From IMG/VR virus record IMGVR_UViG_3300047476_000161, positions 1-61,650 of that record: a DNA stretch of 61,650 nucleotides; one strand, 5' to 3'. The position numbers and the translations under genes are program-made. This DNA is from a virus (taxonomy: Duplodnaviria > Caudoviricetes). Shown piece by piece: positions 9,887 to 19,497 of this stretch (its first letter is position 1; every line of letters starts with the position of its first letter). The notes beneath the pieces were generated by a model. The model was not told the DNA's origin. It made no database searches and was given only the letters and a program-made list of their open reading frames with translations.

Positions 9887-9916
9887 AGTGTAGCATAATC
9901 GCTACACTAAAGTCAA
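9887..9916 (-). promoter_or_regulatory. Sigma70-type promoter TTGACT-N18-TACACT overlapped by a 9-bp inverted repeat
   Basis: tagtgtagc/gctacacta at 9886-9909; -10 lies 5 nt from the ATG. Confidence 0.55.
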
Positions 9917-10231
9917 TTACCAGGCAGCGATCCAGACGAACGTATCGCCTGTGCCTTGATTGGTTTTTCTATCCAAAGTGTAACCTAACTTAGTAAAGCT
10001 AGCGATAACTTGGTTCATTCTATCACGTAAAATAACGTTAGGGGCAGTGCCCTTCCATTCATTATAGTAAGCCGGTGCAGTTTCACCGTTAGTCATTTCT
10101 GTAGTTGCTACAGTTACATCTAACTCGCCGTCGGACGATGCTTGTATAATTGCTAATTCGATTGCTTTGATTTCGTTGTAAACAACCATATCATTGCGAG
10201 CTTTTAGTCTTGCTTGTTCTGCTGTTAACAT
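9917..10231 (-). CDS. Hypothetical protein, 104 aa
   Basis: TAATG-coupled to the upstream gene in the late block. Confidence 0.75.
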   Translation of the reverse strand: MLTAEQARLKARNDMVVYNEIKAIELAIIQASSDGELDVTVATTEMTNGETAPAYYNEWKGTAPNVILRDRMNQVIASFTKLGYTLDRKTNQGTGDTFVWIAAW

Positions 10232-10563
10232 TAGAAATCCTTACCGATCTGTTTGCTTGCTAATTTAGATACTGTATCTTTGTTAGCATCTTTTTCGTCT
10301 TGGTTGGTATATTCTTCGTCGTTTGAATTGATACCAGTATCTAACTCTACTGTATCCTTGCTGATAGATTTAACAACAGGATTACCTTCTAGTATGTCAA
10401 TTAAATCCTTGACGTTTACAAAGTAACCCTGTGACTTTAAATCATCTATTAAGTCTGTAGTAGATAAGTTATCTTGGCCTTCTGCGCTGGCGGTATAAAG
10501 GATGTCAATAATGACATCGCTTAACTCACCTACATATTGGCTGTGTAACTCAAATAGCTTCAT
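10231..10563 (-). CDS. Hypothetical acidic protein, 110 aa
   Basis: TAATG-coupled; MKLFEL N-terminus. Confidence 0.75.
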   Translation of the reverse strand: MKLFELHSQYVGELSDVIIDILYTASAEGQDNLSTTDLIDDLKSQGYFVNVKDLIDILEGNPVVKSISKDTVELDTGINSNDEEYTNQDEKDANKDTVSKLASKQIGKDF

Positions 10564-11282
10564 TACTTTAGCTCTCTACCAGTTGGCTCTTCTGCCGGAC
10601 CACTAGCTGCTTCTGCACCTGCTACGCCTGCGTTATCCATATCTAGTTCTGGTGCTGCTGCCATATCGTCTGCGCCCATATCCATTTCTGGAGCAGGTGC
10701 TTCTGTAGGAGCATCCATACTAGCTGCTTCGTCGCCTGCAACTACTGCGGCTGCATTACTAATAGCATCGTGTGTTTGCTTTAGTGTATCTAGTAGAGTC
10801 TGTAGTGAGCTTTCGACTGTGTTATTGAACTGCTCTGCTTCTGCTGTACCGTGAGTTTCTTTCATTGTATCAACTAAAGCCATTAGAGTTTCTACTTGCA
10901 TTTTAGCAATCTTTTCAGCCATTTCCTTGACATCTTCTGCCATACTCTTAGCTGCTAGTGCTACTTCAGCTTGTTCTAAGTCTTGTTCAACTAATAGCTG
11001 TAAACGTGCTACGCTTTCGCTTAGTGCTTGCTTTTTCTTGCCCTGCATAATGCGTAGGCTTTCAGCAATCATTACGCTCTTAACGTATTCGCTGTTGTTC
11101 TGATAGTTCTTAACTGAGCAGCTTAGGTCCCACTGTTGCTTCTGTAGCTGTGATAGTGCACGTGCTACTTTAGCTTGGTCGAACTTGTCGGCATTTAATG
11201 TGTAGCCGAAGTTTTCCTTAAGATACGAGTTAATTTCACGCATCTTTTGATTTGGTGTTAGTGATAGATCTGTTAATCTCAT
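10563..11282 (-). CDS. Putative prohead core/scaffold-like protein
   Basis: Helical, acidic tail, LSES site; TAAATA box at 11306-11311; ATG 11282 with GGAA upstream. Confidence 0.6.
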   Translation of the reverse strand: MRLTDLSLTPNQKMREINSYLKENFGYTLNADKFDQAKVARALSQLQKQQWDLSCSVKNYQNNSEYVKSVMIAESLRIMQGKKKQALSESVARLQLLVEQDLEQAEVALAAKSMAEDVKEMAEKIAKMQVETLMALVDTMKETHGTAEAEQFNNTVESSLQTLLDTLKQTHDAISNAAAVVAGDEAASMDAPTEAPAPEMDMGADDMAAAPELDMDNAGVAGAEAASGPAEEPTGRELK

Positions 11283-11316
11283 TGTTGTTTCCAAAAGTAT
11301 ATTTTTATTTATCTAT

Positions 11317-11949
11317 TCAGTAGCTTTTGAGGATGTTCCTCTTAGCATCCTTTGCCATACCTACGCTGCGTGAATATTTGCTTTCGTACAAACTGCGCTT
11401 GTCTAAGTCGTTAGTACGCTGAATTCGTTGTTTATAGGACATTGCCTCGTAAAAATGACGAGCATAATCCTCGTCTAATCTAGCAATAGTGTTGCATTTA
11501 ACAAATGCTGCGGCTGGGTTTTTTAGCAACTGTTTAGTGATTGCCATAACGCTTTCATATAGAGCTAAATCGCTGTATAGTACGTTGCCCGTAGCTGCTT
11601 CTGTTATTGTATATGTGTTCTTTACTGTGCCGTTAACGTGTGATTCTACAATGTCAACTATATAATTGGCTATTTTTACGCCACTAGCTGTTTGTTCTGT
11701 AGACGCTAGTTGCTTGTTGACTACATCTGTGCTTTCAGAAATTACTTCGCGGGTCTGTTCGTTAACTCTGCTTAAACGTGTTAGGATGTCGAGCATTGCT
11801 TGAGAATCAGGGTCCTTGGCCTTAGCACCTGAAGATTGTGCAAAATTTTGTGATCTTTCACCACTTTGCGGCGGTCTCTGATCTGTAATGGAGCTAAGAT
11901 TACCTAGCACCTTTTTCATTGCTTCTATTTCTTGTGGTGTGACTGTCAT
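11317..11949 (-). CDS. Hypothetical late protein, 210 aa
   Basis: AAGGA SD; ISES and LYES sites. Confidence 0.75.
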   Translation of the reverse strand: MTVTPQEIEAMKKVLGNLSSITDQRPPQSGERSQNFAQSSGAKAKDPDSQAMLDILTRLSRVNEQTREVISESTDVVNKQLASTEQTASGVKIANYIVDIVESHVNGTVKNTYTITEAATGNVLYSDLALYESVMAITKQLLKNPAAAFVKCNTIARLDEDYARHFYEAMSYKQRIQRTNDLDKRSLYESKYSRSVGMAKDAKRNILKSY

Positions 11950-11977
11950 CTGTAATTTCCTTTACTTTACTTAGCTA

Positions 11978-12271
11978 TCACTTCAAAAGAGTTTTAAAGT
12001 TGACAACCAAATAACCTAGTACTGTTAACAGTCCTGCAACAACTGTTCCAGCAGTTCCTACTAAAACCTTAAATTTATCCTGATTAGCTGTAGAAATTAC
12101 ATCCATAATTTCTTTATGGCTAGCATCAAGTTTCTCGTCCAGCTTTAAGAAGTCATCTTGCAAGGACAGTAGTTTGTCTTCTAACGTTTCGAATTTTTCT
12201 TCCAATCTTTTATACCTTTCAGCGCATAAATCTACGTGTGCTTCTAGGTTTGTTCTTTCTAATTCGCTCAT
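11978..12271 (-). CDS. Coiled-coil protein with C-terminal transmembrane helix (holin/XhlA-like)
   Basis: LEAHVDLCAERY, heptad coil, then hydrophobic VLVGTAGTVVAGLLTVLGYLVV. Confidence 0.6.
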   Translation of the reverse strand: MSELERTNLEAHVDLCAERYKRLEEKFETLEDKLLSLQDDFLKLDEKLDASHKEIMDVISTANQDKFKVLVGTAGTVVAGLLTVLGYLVVNFKTLLK

Positions 12272-12347
12272 AATATGTTCCAATTCTAGCAGTTAGTCTG
12301 AATTATTACCCAAACTCTGGTTGCCTTGCCCGATCCTAACTAACTAT

Positions 12348-12809
12348 TTATAGTGTCTCGTGCTGGATAAAGTATATATTTTTCTCTGCATCACTAAAGG
12401 CATTTATAACTGCATTAGAGAACGTTGCTGTTTCGTCTAAGCCCGTAATGATAGGTAGTCCGTCTGAGTCTTGTCGTAGCAATGCAGGGCTACTAAATCC
12501 TGCTCGCTCTGTTGCAAACTTTAACACCCAAACAGTGTGTGATCCTGTAAAGTTGCTGCCGAAGTCGTAATCGGCCATATCTTCGCCTTCGTACTTGTCC
12601 ACTTGAACTAGTACAGGTTGTATACGTAAGCCAATTAATTGGATTAAGCTGTTTAAGTTTTGCGCTTGCAAGTATGGTCCTTGAGGGACTACTCGTGGGT
12701 CGCTAACACCTGTGTCTGTAATGTCTACTAGGGAGTAGACTGTAAAGAAGTCCATATTGCCGCCGAAGTTCTCGGTGCTTCTTGCTGTTCCATTTGTTTT
12801 TATAACCAT
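12348..12809 (-). CDS. Probable virion structural protein, 153 aa
   Basis: TAAATA box at 12841-12846 upstream; LVDITDTG motif. Confidence 0.7.
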   Translation of the reverse strand: MVIKTNGTARSTENFGGNMDFFTVYSLVDITDTGVSDPRVVPQGPYLQAQNLNSLIQLIGLRIQPVLVQVDKYEGEDMADYDFGSNFTGSHTVWVLKFATERAGFSSPALLRQDSDGLPIITGLDETATFSNAVINAFSDAEKNIYFIQHETL

Positions 12810-12849
12810 TGTGTACCCTAATTAAAATGTATGTTAATTTTATTTATGC

Positions 12850-12878
12850 AAAAAAATATCCCGCCGAAGCGGGATATT
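12850..12878 (-). terminator. Rho-independent terminator with UUCG tetraloop
   Basis: AATATCCCGC-TTCG-GCGGGATATT followed by a T run on the - strand. Confidence 0.9.
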
Positions 12879-12903
12879 AGGTTTACTTACTGTACAGTTC
12901 TAA

Positions 12904-13158
12904 TTAGAATGCAACGTCAGTAACAGTGTAACCAGCAACTGCTGTTACGTCTTTACCTTCGATGATCATACTAACTGACTCGCTTGTACCAGCAACGAAA
13001 GCGCCGATAGCTGTAACTGTGCTTGTCATTTGTACTGCGTGTACTAGAGCTTCTAGGTCAGCCTGGCTCATTGCTGCGCCGAAGTCGAAGTTCTTGATGA
13101 AAATTGCGCGGCCGATAGCTGCGAATGGTTGTGCAAAACCTTTAGTTGCGAATGTCAT
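12904..13158 (-). CDS. Small, probably abundant late protein (possible capsid decoration protein)
   Basis: Own TAAATA box, AGGAG SD and own strong terminator. Confidence 0.65.
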   Translation of the reverse strand: MTFATKGFAQPFAAIGRAIFIKNFDFGAAMSQADLEALVHAVQMTSTVTAIGAFVAGTSESVSMIIEGKDVTAVAGYTVTDVAF

Positions 13159-13236
13159 AATATATTCTCCTATTGTGTGGACACAGAGGTCCTACTTTTA
13201 TTTAGCCTTTTGTGCAAATAACAGTGTTATTATACA

Positions 13237-13887
13237 TTAATCTATATCTTTAGATCTAGCTAGTTTATTGACTATAGGCAGTAAATCTATGTTTGCTGCG
13301 TGTGTTGTAAGCCAGTTCTTTAACCTAGCAATAGTGTAGACTTTTTCGCCCGGATCAAGGTGATACCACTCCTGTGCATTCCTACGTAATTGTCGTAGTG
13401 TAGAATCTACTACATATAGGTCTGTTTCTAGCCTGAATAGCACCTGAGCAATATAACCCCTAGAGTCTAGGCTTAACTGTGCCATATCCCCAAACATTTT
13501 CTTCAGCAAAGGAACATTTATCTTAGCATTGTCCCATACCGTGCTAGTTAGTGCGTTAGGACGTAATGCACCTGCAATCATACTTTCGCCCTTAGTAGAT
13601 ATTCCGTGGAACGCAAGATACAAGTCATTTGCCAGAATACGTTTGGTACTAAAGTCGTTGTTGATTTGTATAAAGTCAAATACCTTAGCTGCATAAGCAC
13701 TAGCTTGGCTTCGTGTTTCTGCTTGGTAATAGCAAACGTAAAGAGCTAACACCGACACAAATGCTAAGTCGGCTAACTCTCGTGCGCTTAATTGGTTAAC
13801 ACTAGCAGCGGAAGTAAACAACTTACTTTCCATATACGTTTGATGTATGTTTGCTGCTGCTAGTTGCTCTAATAGATTTTTATCCAT
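13237..13887 (-). CDS. Hypothetical late protein
   Basis: TAATG overlap gives start 13887 (MDKNLLEQ). Confidence 0.75.
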   Translation of the reverse strand: MDKNLLEQLAAANIHQTYMESKLFTSAASVNQLSARELADLAFVSVLALYVCYYQAETRSQASAYAAKVFDFIQINNDFSTKRILANDLYLAFHGISTKGESMIAGALRPNALTSTVWDNAKINVPLLKKMFGDMAQLSLDSRGYIAQVLFRLETDLYVVDSTLRQLRRNAQEWYHLDPGEKVYTIARLKNWLTTHAANIDLLPIVNKLARSKDID

Positions 13888-15248
13888 TACTTCCAATTCT
13901 TAGGTAGTGTGAAGTTTAGTCTACTAAATTCTAAACGGTCGATTAGCTTTAGTGCCGATCCCATATGATCAACAATAACGTGGCCTTCTTCTGGAGTAAC
14001 ACTGTATGTTCCGTCTGGATTGTTTACGAATGTATCGATTGCCTTGATACCTTTTAACTTAGAGATTAGTATAATCTTTGCGTTAATAGTATCAATGTAA
14101 ATTCGGTATAGTGTGCTTAACTGCGGTTTATGTGTATGCAAGAATTGAAGATCCTTTTGCAAAGCTTCTAACTTGCGCTCCTTACCGGCTTGTGTCTTTA
14201 GCTTGTCTATTGCTAGTTGCATTTTTTGCTCGTAACGAGTAATAAAGTTTTCAGCAAAGGCGTGAGGGTCGCTTTCAAACTCTCCTGCATTTCTAATCAT
14301 TGAGTTGATGTAAGTCTTTAGCTCTAGCTTAAATGCGTTACCCTGTTCTGTAGTGTTTAACCATTTGAATGTATCAACTGTTACTGCTTTTGTTGCTGCA
14401 CGTAAATGGGCAATAGCTGTTTCGATTTCTTTAGATTCAGCGGCAGTAAGAGTTACTCGTCCACTTAGGTCCTTAACTGTTGCGTCAGTTATCCATAAGC
14501 CTTTTACTTCTGGTAAGTTATCTGCACTGTATCCAAACCTTGCTTGCATATCCTGTAGTGTCGGGCCGCCTTCGTAATAAGTATGGAACACTACGCCTGC
14601 TTTAGAAGATAGTATCTTTGCTGCTAATGCACTATTAGTAGGCACTGCATACGTAATTGTATTAGGACGGAAGATTACATATTCTTGTCCGTCAATAGTT
14701 GTTTTAGTAAGGTCGTTATGAGTGAACAATAGGTCACCTTGTACAATACCTTTAATGCCTAACTTAGGTAATTCTTTTAACAGTAACTTGTACTTTTCGC
14801 GAAGGCCTGCATAGCTAACTACTTGGCCGTCCACTTCTTTGTCTGGCTTAACACGGTCGACATCTTTAGCTGTAAACATTCTGTTATCTTTTGTGGTACT
14901 AAAAATACCCTTATCGCCGATAACGAATTTACCTGTTTCTGGATCAGTTCCGCAGAAGATGGCAGGAGCACCGTCCCACTTAGTAGTAATGCTGTAGCCT
15001 TTGTCTGCGTGACCTTTGAGCATACTGTATAAGGATGCGATTGCATCAAATGCGATACGAACACCAGCAATACCCTTGTCGATAATTTCATCTTCCAAGT
15101 GCTGTAGGTGCTTGTTTTTCCCGTCGTCTGCTTCGTCTAGTTCTTCTGGCTTATTTGGATCAAGTAAATCTCGTTGGACCACTCGTGCGGGACGCAAACG
15201 TGCGGGACGCTTGCGGTTTCCACCTAATGTAATCTCACTTATTTTCAT
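13887..15248 (-). CDS. Ligase-like covalent nucleotidyltransferase-fold protein
   Basis: TTKWDG (motif I), QGDLLF (III), EEGHVI (IV), ALKLID (V); ATGA overlap with the upstream gene. Confidence 0.6.
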   Translation of the reverse strand: MKISEITLGGNRKRPARLRPARVVQRDLLDPNKPEELDEADDGKNKHLQHLEDEIIDKGIAGVRIAFDAIASLYSMLKGHADKGYSITTKWDGAPAIFCGTDPETGKFVIGDKGIFSTTKDNRMFTAKDVDRVKPDKEVDGQVVSYAGLREKYKLLLKELPKLGIKGIVQGDLLFTHNDLTKTTIDGQEYVIFRPNTITYAVPTNSALAAKILSSKAGVVFHTYYEGGPTLQDMQARFGYSADNLPEVKGLWITDATVKDLSGRVTLTAAESKEIETAIAHLRAATKAVTVDTFKWLNTTEQGNAFKLELKTYINSMIRNAGEFESDPHAFAENFITRYEQKMQLAIDKLKTQAGKERKLEALQKDLQFLHTHKPQLSTLYRIYIDTINAKIILISKLKGIKAIDTFVNNPDGTYSVTPEEGHVIVDHMGSALKLIDRLEFSRLNFTLPKNWK

Positions 15249-17725
15249 TGCTGTTGTGCTCGCTTAGTTAAAATTCCGGCTAAACGTCGTGCATCATCCG
15301 GAGTCAATGAGTCTAAAGAATTAATAATGTCTTGTGTCATTGTACTACTGTCTTTCCACTTCATACCGACTTTAGATTGTACAGGTGCTTTACCTGCTAG
15401 TGCGCCCATTACGTTTGCTGCTCGATTGATCGGGTTGTTACCTGGATCGCTAGTAATTTTTCCGCTATCGTATAACGTGCGAATAACTTCTGCCCATACT
15501 TGCGCTGTTTGCTCGGGTTTCAAAATGACGCCAGTAGCAGCAGGTTGGCTAGCGCCACTGGCTGCTTGCTGACTTTGGTCAGCCTGTCCTAATGTTTGAT
15601 CTGACTGCTGCTGGGTCTGTCCAGCTGACTGCTGACTTTGTGCTGCATTTTGTGACATTGCACGGCGTCTATCTTTAAGGTTACCAACTGCGTTAGCAAC
15701 TCCGCCTGCTGTTCTAGGATCAGATGAATCGTTTGGACGATTACCTAATTCATTTATTTGAACGCTCTCGACTGTCTTTAGAGCAGTTTGTAAAATGTCT
15801 TTCAGTACACCCCTAACTTGTGGTGGCAGGCCTTTACCTTGTTCCTGGAATGCCTCCCAGGCGGCACGTAGTTTTTTGTAGTCTGAAAATACAGAACTAC
15901 CTGCTGACTGTTTTTGTGGAGCTTCTGCATCTTGTTGATTAGGTGCACTAGCTGCTGTTGCAGCGTCTTGTGGTTGAGTGCCCGATACTGTTTGTATAGC
16001 AGACTGCGCTACAGTTGTGTCGACTCCCTGGCCTGCTAAAAATTTTGCCAATTCATCAGAATCGGTAGGACTTCCTGCTTTTTTCCAGGCACTGGCTAGC
16101 TTATCGGCTGTTACCTTTGTTGTTAAATTATGACCTATTGTGGATGCTTTTTGTTTAATTTGATCCCAGCCAGCTTCTTTTAGTTGTTTCTTAGATTCTC
16201 TAACTGCAATCAACTTGAATACTGTCTTAATCTGAGACTCATTTAACGCAGGTGCCTTAGATAAAACAGACTCGCCTCGTACCATTGCTTGCATTGCAAT
16301 CTTTTGTGCAAGTGTTTCAGCAGTTTGTACACTTAAAGGGCCGCCTTGTAATGTGCTATATTTTTCTAGTACAGATTGTGCAACACTGGCTAAATCTCCC
16401 TGACCAGTAGTTCCGTTTGATATTGCTTGCTGCACAGCTTTGAACGCTTCGTTACTAGCTTGTTGGCGCACTGCTGCGACGCCTGCTTGGGCTGCACTTG
16501 CGCCGGCATCACCGCCTTGCGGTGCTCCTTTAACTGCTTGACCGACTTGGCCTGCGGCGTACGCCATTGCGCCCGTCTTTGCACCACTATAAGCAGCACT
16601 AGAAAACTTTTCACCTTGCAGTAGCTTATCTACCATTTTAAATAGGCCAAGGGCTGCGGCTCCACCTAATCCTGCGCCACTAATACCGGCGGCAGCGATC
16701 AATGCAGAATAAATTAAACTCTGTGCGACAGGGTGTTTCTTGGCAAAGTCACGATACATTTGTACATATTTCATTACACCTTGATCGCCGCCTGTGGCCT
16801 GCTTTAACTTTTCAGCAGCCTGATCGTACATTGAGTCCACATTTTTAATGGGACCGGAATTTTGTACTTTAGTCTTTAAGTCTTCCCAAGCCGCATTAAC
16901 TGCACTGGCTGCATCTTTTCCTTTACCTAGCATTGTGCGATTGCCGCCTGCTGCTGTAGCACCTTGTTCTACATTTGCAAATATTTGGTTAATCTGGTCA
17001 GCAGTCAATTGGGCTTCTGCCAACATTCTTCCTGCTTTTTGCCAAACAGAATATGATTTTTGCTCTGTTAATAACGATACAGACTTGTATTGCTGTACTT
17101 GCTCTAGTACGAATCCACCTGTTACTCTTTTAGCAGAATACCCCATCGACGATAGATTGTAATCAAACCCTTCTAATAAGTTATTGATAGTGTATAACTC
17201 TTTACTTGTGATTACTGTTCCGCTTTTAGCTAGGGATTCTAATTTTGTGCCGCCTGAGCGCATCCAGATATCCTTCAATACTGCTAGCAAGTCAGGGTCT
17301 GCAATTAATTTATAATTAGGATTTTGTTTTACAAACTCGTCCCACTCAGCACGAAACTTAGCTGCGTCTTTGAATATAGCAGGATCGGGTTGTTGATCTT
17401 GCTGAGGCTGGCTCTGCTGTTGGCCTTGTTGCTGTTGATCTTGTTGCTGCTGTTCTACGCCTGCAATAGCATAAAGTTTTGAGACATCACCGAGCCCTAA
17501 CTGAGTGGTAACATACTTGATGATGTTATCAAAGTTATTAGGGTCTTTACTATTCTGTGTTTGGTTGCTCCAACGCAAGAACTTAGTTTGTTGGTCTTTA
17601 ATATACTGGCTCTTTTCACCCTCGCCACTGGCATCGGTAAATTTATCTGCTATTTTTGCGCTTGCACTTTTTAATGCGTCAAATGGGCCTTCATTGACCT
17701 GGCTTTTTAGTTGGCGTAGCTTCAT
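15245..17725 (-). CDS. Large Ala/Gln-rich putative internal virion protein, 826 aa
   Basis: Poly-Q linkers, duplicated helical module, Gly/Ala hydrophobic segment, many LxE sites. Confidence 0.75.
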   Translation of the reverse strand: MKLRQLKSQVNEGPFDALKSASAKIADKFTDASGEGEKSQYIKDQQTKFLRWSNQTQNSKDPNNFDNIIKYVTTQLGLGDVSKLYAIAGVEQQQQDQQQQGQQQSQPQQDQQPDPAIFKDAAKFRAEWDEFVKQNPNYKLIADPDLLAVLKDIWMRSGGTKLESLAKSGTVITSKELYTINNLLEGFDYNLSSMGYSAKRVTGGFVLEQVQQYKSVSLLTEQKSYSVWQKAGRMLAEAQLTADQINQIFANVEQGATAAGGNRTMLGKGKDAASAVNAAWEDLKTKVQNSGPIKNVDSMYDQAAEKLKQATGGDQGVMKYVQMYRDFAKKHPVAQSLIYSALIAAAGISGAGLGGAAALGLFKMVDKLLQGEKFSSAAYSGAKTGAMAYAAGQVGQAVKGAPQGGDAGASAAQAGVAAVRQQASNEAFKAVQQAISNGTTGQGDLASVAQSVLEKYSTLQGGPLSVQTAETLAQKIAMQAMVRGESVLSKAPALNESQIKTVFKLIAVRESKKQLKEAGWDQIKQKASTIGHNLTTKVTADKLASAWKKAGSPTDSDELAKFLAGQGVDTTVAQSAIQTVSGTQPQDAATAASAPNQQDAEAPQKQSAGSSVFSDYKKLRAAWEAFQEQGKGLPPQVRGVLKDILQTALKTVESVQINELGNRPNDSSDPRTAGGVANAVGNLKDRRRAMSQNAAQSQQSAGQTQQQSDQTLGQADQSQQAASGASQPAATGVILKPEQTAQVWAEVIRTLYDSGKITSDPGNNPINRAANVMGALAGKAPVQSKVGMKWKDSSTMTQDIINSLDSLTPDDARRLAGILTKRAQQQ

Positions 17726-17975
17726 TTTTCTTGGACTCTTTAATGATTCTGATTCCTCGAATAAACTTACGCTCGTCGCCAGATTTCATACTATTAAATA
17801 GTCGCTTGATTAACTCACTTCTCTCTGGCTCTGCGTAACTTGTTTCAATAAGCCTTACTAAATTAGACACGCTGGCAATCACCTGTGTTGCGCGGCTTTC
17901 AACAACACTGTGCTTGTCCTTTGCAGGAACAATGCTATTAATCTCTTCTAGTAGGCTTCTCGTCTGTTTTTTCAT
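17691..17975 (-). CDS. Hypothetical late protein, 94 aa
   Basis: TAAATA box at 18007-18012; first gene of the late block. Confidence 0.7.
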   Translation of the reverse strand: MKKQTRSLLEEINSIVPAKDKHSVVESRATQVIASVSNLVRLIETSYAEPERSELIKRLFNSMKSGDERKFIRGIRIIKESKKNEATPTKKPGQ

Positions 17976-18024
17976 AAGTTTTTCGAGGGCAACGATCTCG
18001 TTATTGTATTTAGCTTAACCAAAC

Positions 18025-19497
18025 TTATTTTCTAAGCATATTCCTGAGCTGTTCTGTCCTTGCAATAGTACTGCTAATTGCACTATTTGACGGGACTGTT
18101 TCTTTCTTCATAATAGGCGTAAAATCAAAGCCTTCCTTAGGTTGCGGGTATGCAGCCGGCGGCGCAGGCTTATTAACTGCTTGCGGCGCAGGGGCAGTTT
18201 GCGCCTGTCGTTTTAAGTTATTAAACATTACATCCGCTGTAGTAGGACCAGTTGCTTGATCTTCTTCAGTTAAATCAGTGATTTTTAATGTTTTAACATC
18301 CCAGCTTAGTTCTACTTTTTGTCCTAGACCGCTAGAGTTACGTGTTTTCATAAACTGAATCTGTACCCTACCGCGCTCACGCATAGTCATACTACTGAAA
18401 ATACCGATTACGTTGTCAGCAGTCTGAATCTTACTTAAACCGCCTGCAATGTGACTGTGGTCAAATTCTACAGATTCTACAGCGCCGCGGTTCAGCTGCG
18501 ATGCCGTTACTAAGAAGCAGTTTTGTTCAATAGCAAAGTTGCGTAGTTCTTCTGATACATACTTGTCTTTAATAAAGAGGTTTTCTGCACTTACTTTAAC
18601 ACTGACAGGGTGCATCAAGTCTAAGTAGTCAATAATAACTGCATCAAACTTAACACCATACTGAATGTGGTATTCCTTAACCCAGGCCTTAATATCATTA
18701 ATGGTAACGCCGTTAGGCACTTGCACAATCTGTAGCTTGCCTGCCTTTTTACCTACCATACGAACTTTAAGGTCTACTTCATCTAGGTTCTGATAGATTT
18801 CCTTAGCACCAAAACCAGTAACCATACTGTCTATACGTTTAGAGCATAGTCCTTCGGAAAGTTCAAGGCTAAAGTAAACAACATTCATTCCTGCTTGCGA
18901 CCAATTAACAGCAATGTTTTGCAAGAATACAGACTTACCACCACCTGACGGTGCAGCAAAGATGTTAAGAGTACCTCGATCAAAACCGCCGTACAACTTA
19001 TCGTCAATAGTTTTCCAACCTGTGCTAGTAGCTGCGTTCCTGTTACGCAATTCATTTAATCGCCCTGCAGGGTCTGCGTAATAGTCAATACCAAATGTCT
19101 TGGCTAAACCGACTTCAGTAGCTTCCTTAATTAGCTTCTCCACGCTACCATAGTCTTGCTTTTCTAGTAGGTCAGCACTCTTTAAGATAGCCTTTTCTAG
19201 GGCTTTGTACTTACAGAATTTTTCAAACTCGTCAATAAACCATTTGCCGTGTTCTTCTGCAACTTTACCTAAGTCTCGTAGCTCTAGTCCCACTGCTGCT
19301 TTAATTTGTTCAACTGTGGGTACTGCACTATATTGATTGCTGTAGTCAACAAGGAACTTGACTGCCGGCTCTAGCGACCTATCGAAATAGTTTGTACTGA
19401 TAATGTTGTTAGTGCGGCCTAGCAATTCTCTGTCGCTAACAAGGAACTCCAGGAATAACTTTTGAAGGTCGACTGTGTAATCTTTAATTTCACTCAT
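18025..19497 (-). CDS. Replicative DnaB-like helicase (T4 gp41-like)
   Basis: APSGGGKS Walker A, SLEL, IIDYLDLM, ASQLNR and MKTRN motifs. Confidence 0.9.
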   Translation of the reverse strand: MSEIKDYTVDLQKLFLEFLVSDRELLGRTNNIISTNYFDRSLEPAVKFLVDYSNQYSAVPTVEQIKAAVGLELRDLGKVAEEHGKWFIDEFEKFCKYKALEKAILKSADLLEKQDYGSVEKLIKEATEVGLAKTFGIDYYADPAGRLNELRNRNAATSTGWKTIDDKLYGGFDRGTLNIFAAPSGGGKSVFLQNIAVNWSQAGMNVVYFSLELSEGLCSKRIDSMVTGFGAKEIYQNLDEVDLKVRMVGKKAGKLQIVQVPNGVTINDIKAWVKEYHIQYGVKFDAVIIDYLDLMHPVSVKVSAENLFIKDKYVSEELRNFAIEQNCFLVTASQLNRGAVESVEFDHSHIAGGLSKIQTADNVIGIFSSMTMRERGRVQIQFMKTRNSSGLGQKVELSWDVKTLKITDLTEEDQATGPTTADVMFNNLKRQAQTAPAPQAVNKPAPPAAYPQPKEGFDFTPIMKKETVPSNSAISSTIARTEQLRNMLRK

